NCBI RefSeq assembly: GCF_006345805.1
Contig: NW_021829082.1
Location: 1-7,009 of the forward strand
Length of the DNA stretch: 7,009 nt
Reading direction: 5' to 3'
From: Octopus sinensis
Taxonomy: Eukaryota
A program made the position numbers and the translations under genes. The notes under the pieces were generated by a model. It saw nothing but the letters and a program-made list of their open reading frames with translations. It had not been told where the DNA came from and ran no database searches. Each line of letters starts with the position of its first letter. The stretch's first letter is position 1. Below are positions 6,961-7,009 of the stretch, piece by piece.

Positions 6961-7009
6961 GGCTTTTTCGTTGTTATCATGCTTGAGGATTACTGAGCTA
7001 TTTTGTACC

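Noticed and set aside
1-7009. CRISPR array or prokaryotic operon
   Set aside because: No regularly spaced repeats with unique spacers and no gene-dense coding; the sequence is eukaryotic repeat-rich DNA.

Overview
AT-rich, microsatellite-dense eukaryotic non-coding DNA (intron or intergenic). The repeat types ((TA)n, (TG)n, (ACT)n, (TCAC)n, tRNA-derived SINEs, an R4/Dong-type LINE relic, Penelope-type termini) resemble an octopus/coleoid cephalopod genome; that assignment is inferred from recalled repeat families, not from a search. No host protein-coding gene, rRNA, true tRNA or CRISPR array is supported, and most supplied ORFs are microsatellite or repeat read-throughs. Best observations: (1) two different minimal type I hammerhead-ribozyme-like motifs (minus strand 2291-2337, canonical cores; plus strand 6613-6650, A6U variant); (2) an inverted SINE pair plus spacer forming a ~280-nt fold-back whose arms and 11-bp apical stem share exactly the same symmetry axis (5402/5403); (3) a tRNA-Arg-like SINE with a Meta/V-like central domain; (4) a decayed R4/Dong-like LINE C-terminal fragment.
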